Source: Candidatus Latescibacterota bacterium
Lineage (GTDB): Bacteria > Latescibacterota > UBA2968 > GCA-2709665
Direction of reading: 5' to 3'
Assembly: GCA_965248435.1 (NCBI GenBank)
Contig: OZ252100.1
Coordinates: 4,192,001-4,256,000, forward strand
DNA: 64,000 bases
Shown: positions 59,475-64,000 of the stretch, in pieces
Layout: every line of letters starts with the position of its first letter
How positions within the stretch are numbered: the first letter of the stretch is position 1
Translations under genes and position numbers: made by a program
The notes under the pieces: model-generated
Database searches by the model: none
What the model was told of the DNA's origin: nothing
The model's input: only the letters and a program-made list of their open reading frames with translations

Positions 59475-59520
59475 ATGACTATAGGAGTATCGAAAAAACA
59501 ATATGTTATAAGTAAAATCC

Positions 59521-62500
59521 GATTCCATCACGGGCATGGTAAGTTTGTCCGGTACTTCCGACAATGCCGTTTATTACGTCTATATACTGGCGGATCCGGC
59601 CCCGGGAACCGTCCCCTCCAACCGGCAGTTTGGGGGCAGTACGAAGAAGGGCTTCGATCCGACGACATTCGGGGCTTTCACCGGTGGCGTTTTTCTTGGC
59701 CGAAGCGGTCCCCTTCTCGTGACCCATGCTCCGGAATTCGTGGTGGTGGGGTGGGATTATGACGACGATACAGGGGACGATTTCGACAACACAGGCGTGA
59801 TACAGGTCCCAAGTGACATCATCAACATGGTCGCCATTGACGCGAATCGGAAGGACAACCGGAATATTACGCTAGATTCGGGGGCCTTCTTCGAGAAGGG
59901 GGCCGCGTTCGTCAGTCTCAACAGCGGACTCACACCTTCCCCGACGACGTCCGTGGACCTGCTGTGGCTCGCGCAGGATGACGACAATCCCTCTGACTTT
60001 GAGATGAGGATCTTCCTCTCGACAACGGGTGGACTCACCGTGGCCGATTTGGTTGGCGCGGGCCTCGACAGCTTGACAAACTCCATAGTGGTAGCAGGCT
60101 CGGACACGTTGAACATTGAAAATCGAGGGATATCATTCGTTGCACTTGAGCGGGATTCGCTCACCAATCTCGTAACCTCCTTCACACCCAGGGGGGACTA
60201 CTTCGTCTACTACGCGGCCACCGATGGGAATGATGACCATCGTGTCGTCTCTCAAGTGCTCAACGATCCCTTTATTGCAAGTCCGACGGCATCGGTCCTG
60301 TCCGTCAGGCACGCGCCGAACCTGTTCGTAGACAATTTTTCGTTGAACGACTTCGACGGTACAGGTGACGGAGATTTGGACGTCATTACCGGCATCGACG
60401 TGTCTCAGATGTTCATAGATGCTGACGGAAAGGATCTGCGCTTAGGTCCTGCCCAACGAGCGATTACGATTTCGTGGGGTGAGCTTGGGCTGCCCGGGGA
60501 CTCCGACGTGGACGACGATGCGACAATCGAGATCTATTTCAGTACCCGGTCGGACTTCAAGGATGTAAGGGGGAGCATCGCCTTCACAAGCGGAAACTCG
60601 AACGGGGACGATCTCCTCGCGACAATATCTCAGGGAAATTCAGATACGCACAAGATCGGTCAGACCCGAGAGGACCCTGACGGACAGTTCGACAACCAGT
60701 TGACCTGGGATCTCTGGAGCTACGTTTCTCCGGAGGGAACCATACCCAGTACAGGCGTGCGATACTTTCTCTACGCCCGTATGTCTGGGGGAACCACGAC
60801 CCGCCTGATCTCTTTGACGCGATTTGGTGTGCTGGACAATACCGGCACGTCAATGGCCGTCAGTATCCAGCATCCACCCTTTATCAGGCCGATTGAGCCT
60901 GCCCGTGACATCACGGCCACGATGAATCAGCCGGTCCTGATCTCGTGGCAGGCAGTGGATGTGGACAACCAGGAGGCAGATGGACTTGCCGCTATACCAG
61001 CCAATACGAGCGGCCGACTCGCACCAAACAGCGACACCGCCTCTCCAAACATCCGGATTTTGCTTACTTCAATAGATTGGGGTGAGGTGACGGCCTGGGG
61101 CTCGATTACCGACTTTACTGCGGCTACAGGAAACGTAGACCGATTCTGGGTGGGTAACTCAGGCGACGGATCACTCGTGGAAGAGATCGAGTTGAACGAG
61201 GGCGTAGACAGCTCGTTCGTCTTGTTGGGTAATCGAATGCGCAACAACCTTTTTTCAACGATTACCGGAACGGCAGCCTCGCTATCCACCGGAGACTTGG
61301 CGCTCCAGACGAACGCGGGCGCGGGCGAAACCTATTTCGTTTATCTTGCCATTGATGATGGCCGGGACGAAACCGTAGCGGATGCGGTTGTAGGGGGAAC
61401 GTCGAACACCAGAAACTTTGGGGCCTTCTCTCCGCTGGTAAGGGCGCCTGGAAGAATCACCTTCACGGGCATTGTGCCCACAAACCCGCCGACGACGACG
61501 AGGTTCATCGTCCCAGCCCGGATGCAAACTGTGATGGGAGAAGTGGTCCTGTATCCTATTATTCCCGACGTCCTGATTCCGAACAAGCAGATCAACGTCG
61601 TGGATATCTTCATCTCTGTCGATGCAGACAAGTTCGAGGCCGTGGACCTGGATGCGAGCACAGCCGGTGTCCAGCCGTCTTCCTTGGGCGATAACTCACA
61701 GATCACCTCCTCGAACGTCAGCAGTCAGCAATTGTGCAGGCAGACAAGTTAATTCTGGACTTCATATACACGGATGTGACGAGCGGCTTGACCTTCTTCA
61801 ATGGCGAAGAGCCACTTGCGCTTGCCAATCTTCGGACCAAGGTCGTTACCGAGAGTGCAACCGTAAACACTACGATTACCCTCGACAACAGCGGCAATCG
61901 AATAACCAAGATGCTGGACTCGGTGAATGTAGACGTCGCGGCGTTCGTGCCACAGCCGACATTTGTGATATTGAACCGTCGTACGCAAATATCCGGGAAG
62001 GTGCCGCTCCAGGGACGGACAAGTTCCGCGGACCTGGTCACCTTCATGCTGCGTCCAGTCGGGAGTTACGAGAGTCTACCGGATTCGCTTTTCAAATTGA
62101 ACGATGTCGACCCGGATAGATTCGGCGTGCAGGTCCCCACAACCGACTTTGACGGCAAGTTTACGCTCGTCAACGTTCCTTCAGGTATCTTCATTCTCAC
62201 AGCGGCCGCTCAGCGGCACCTTACAGGGCACGATACGATCTACGTGAAGCCGGGGCTGGACATTACGGATCTGCTACCGACTCGAGACGGGGACGGCGTT
62301 CAGCGGACTGCACTGCTGGCGGGGGATGCCGCAGGGTTCGAGGACAGTACCGGAGCGAGCCTTCCAGACAACGCAATCGGAAACCCCGACGTCAATGCAA
62401 TAAACGCCGCCATCTTTTCACAGCCAGGAGATACGAACTTCGACGCATTCGCCGACATCAACAGAGATAACATTGTTAACGCGACGGACAAAGACTTCGC

Positions 62501-63788
62501 GACTGCCAATCAGACCGATAATACGGGTACGGTCGGCAGAATTCGACCCGTCTTCCCCGTTTTCAAGGGAGCCGGACCGACCACAGACAATCGGGAGGCC
62601 ATTGTTACCCTGGTGGACCTCCCCAACAGGGAAATCCGGGCAGGAGAAGCGTTCGACGTCACCGTCCAGGTGAGCGGTGCCAGGGCAGTACGAACCTACG
62701 AAGTCCACCTTGGATTCGACTCGACCAAGGTCGCAGTGGAGGGACTCTCATCCCACGGGTCGTTCCTTGGCAACTATCTGTCGGACATGGTCGTAAGGGT
62801 GTTTGACGGAGAGGTCGGACTGGCCAACTCCATCATTGGCCTCACGCCCGTTGGCGCGTCCGGGGAAGGAACGCTTGCAACCATTCGGTTCCGTGCGCTC
62901 AAGCGCTCGACGGAAACACACCTGAAGTTGAACAGTGCGGTGCTGATAGATGTAGATCACGTGGGCGTCAGTCCGAAGGTGAATGGGGAGGCCACGATCA
63001 TCATTTCCAAGGATCCGATCGTCTACCACGACGCTGAGGGCAAGGAGATCCGCGGGCTCATCATACCGGAAGCGGATCCCAAGGTCGACTTCAACGATTT
63101 CATGGTCTTGGTGGAGGCATTCGGATCGAACGTCGGAAGTCCTGCTTTCGATCTACGCGCAGACCTGAATGCCGACGATCGCGTGGACTTCAGTGACTTT
63201 CTCATCTTCACCTTCGACTTCGGCAAGATCGCTGTGGACGCACCAGCGTCGGCTCGTCCCAACAAACCGGCGACGCCAACAGGCGTGAATGGGGCCGCCA
63301 GGATGTCGTTGAAGCTTGAAGAAGGATCAAAAGACGGCCAGCTGGTGAGATTGACCGCGGGACTGTCACGCGCTCGAGCACTTCAGGGCTGGGGACTCAC
63401 ATTGAGATATGACCCCAGCAGATTCGAGTTCCTCGAGGCCGTTCGGCCCGAGAAGGATTTGCTGGAGGTTGCGGGAGCCAGCGCGTCCCTGTTGCTCGTC
63501 CACCAGGAAGCGGCCGGGGCAGTCACGCTTGCGGGTGCCATCAGCAGGGGAACGGCTGCATCCGGAACGGGGGACCTGGCCGTTCTGATCTTCCGATCTC
63601 GTGCTGCCTCAACCCGGGATGCGAAGTTTGAGCTTTACGAGGGAGTCTTATTCGATCCAGACCACCTTCCCAATCATGCCCACGTCACTCAGAATCTGGC
63701 AGTTCAGCAGGCTTCAATACAACAGACGCGATCAGGCCGCTCTATACGGAGCCTGAATCTAGAGTCCGGAATTTTTTCTTCGCCTTGA
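59521..63788 (+). pseudogene. 5'-truncated, frameshifted paralog of the cohesin/dockerin gene at 37681-42813
   Basis: Collinear from DSITGMVSL at offset 20976/20975. Lacks the signal peptide and first ~290 aa; one C is missing at ~61719. Confidence 0.88.
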
Positions 63789-63901
63789 GAAGTTAACGCA
63801 AACGGCAGGCCGAATGAAAAACGCCCCCGGGAGAGATCCCAGGGGCGTTTTTCGTAACCTCACGGCCACGCGGACATCTCCGCGCAGGATTCAGACAGAC
63901 G

Positions 63902-64000
63902 TCACCGGTCGAATTTTTTTTCGAGGACGCTCTGAACTTCGTATATAGTCCCACGTCGCACGGCGGGTGGGAGCGGCATCCGGACCGGGACTGCCGCGAC
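63902..64000 (-). CDS. 3' end of a second PhyH-family gene copy (partial, runs off the window)
   Basis: Near-identical to 42927-43025. Confidence 0.8.
   Translation of the reverse strand, partial: VAAVPVRMPLPPAVRRGTIYEVQSVLEKKFDR

Noticed and set aside
37681-63788. Diversity-generating retroelement (TR/VR pair)
   Set aside because: No reverse transcriptase in the window; differences between the copies are not adenine-specific and span more than 4 kb.

Overview
GC-rich bacterial chromosome segment. The cohesin/dockerin surface proteins, PhyH and Gfo/Idh/MocA content suggest Candidatus Latescibacterota or a related FCB lineage (inference only). 1-14.3 kb: 2-oxoacid dehydrogenase E1 beta/alpha, a class V aminotransferase, guaB, a TPR-ExbB-ExbD-ExbD-TonB-TPR cluster, and a 1143-aa acidic repeat/pseudo-receiver membrane protein cut by an IS30. 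15.5-37.4 kb: mostly metabolic genes with several fragments. 37.7-42.8 kb: a 1710-aa secreted protein with alternating cohesin- and dockerin-like modules behind a sigma28-like promoter. 43-54.5 kb: more metabolic genes, a probable triple pseudo-receiver protein and an intact IS1380. 54.5-59.5 kb: a prophage relic (terminase end, portal, 4x65-bp array, small phage ORF, XRE HTH), a dockerin-tagged repeat protein and an IS3 fragment. 59.5-64 kb: a second, 5'-truncated copy of the cohesin/dockerin gene whose identity to the first copy is patchy. The most interesting candidate system is a possibly sigma28-controlled, non-catalytic cohesin-dockerin surface scaffold with a truncated paralog and a dockerin-tagged client. 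Three single-base deletions in short homopolymers look like sequencing errors, so frameshift and fusion calls need read-level checking. All family calls come from recognising motifs by eye; no searches were run.
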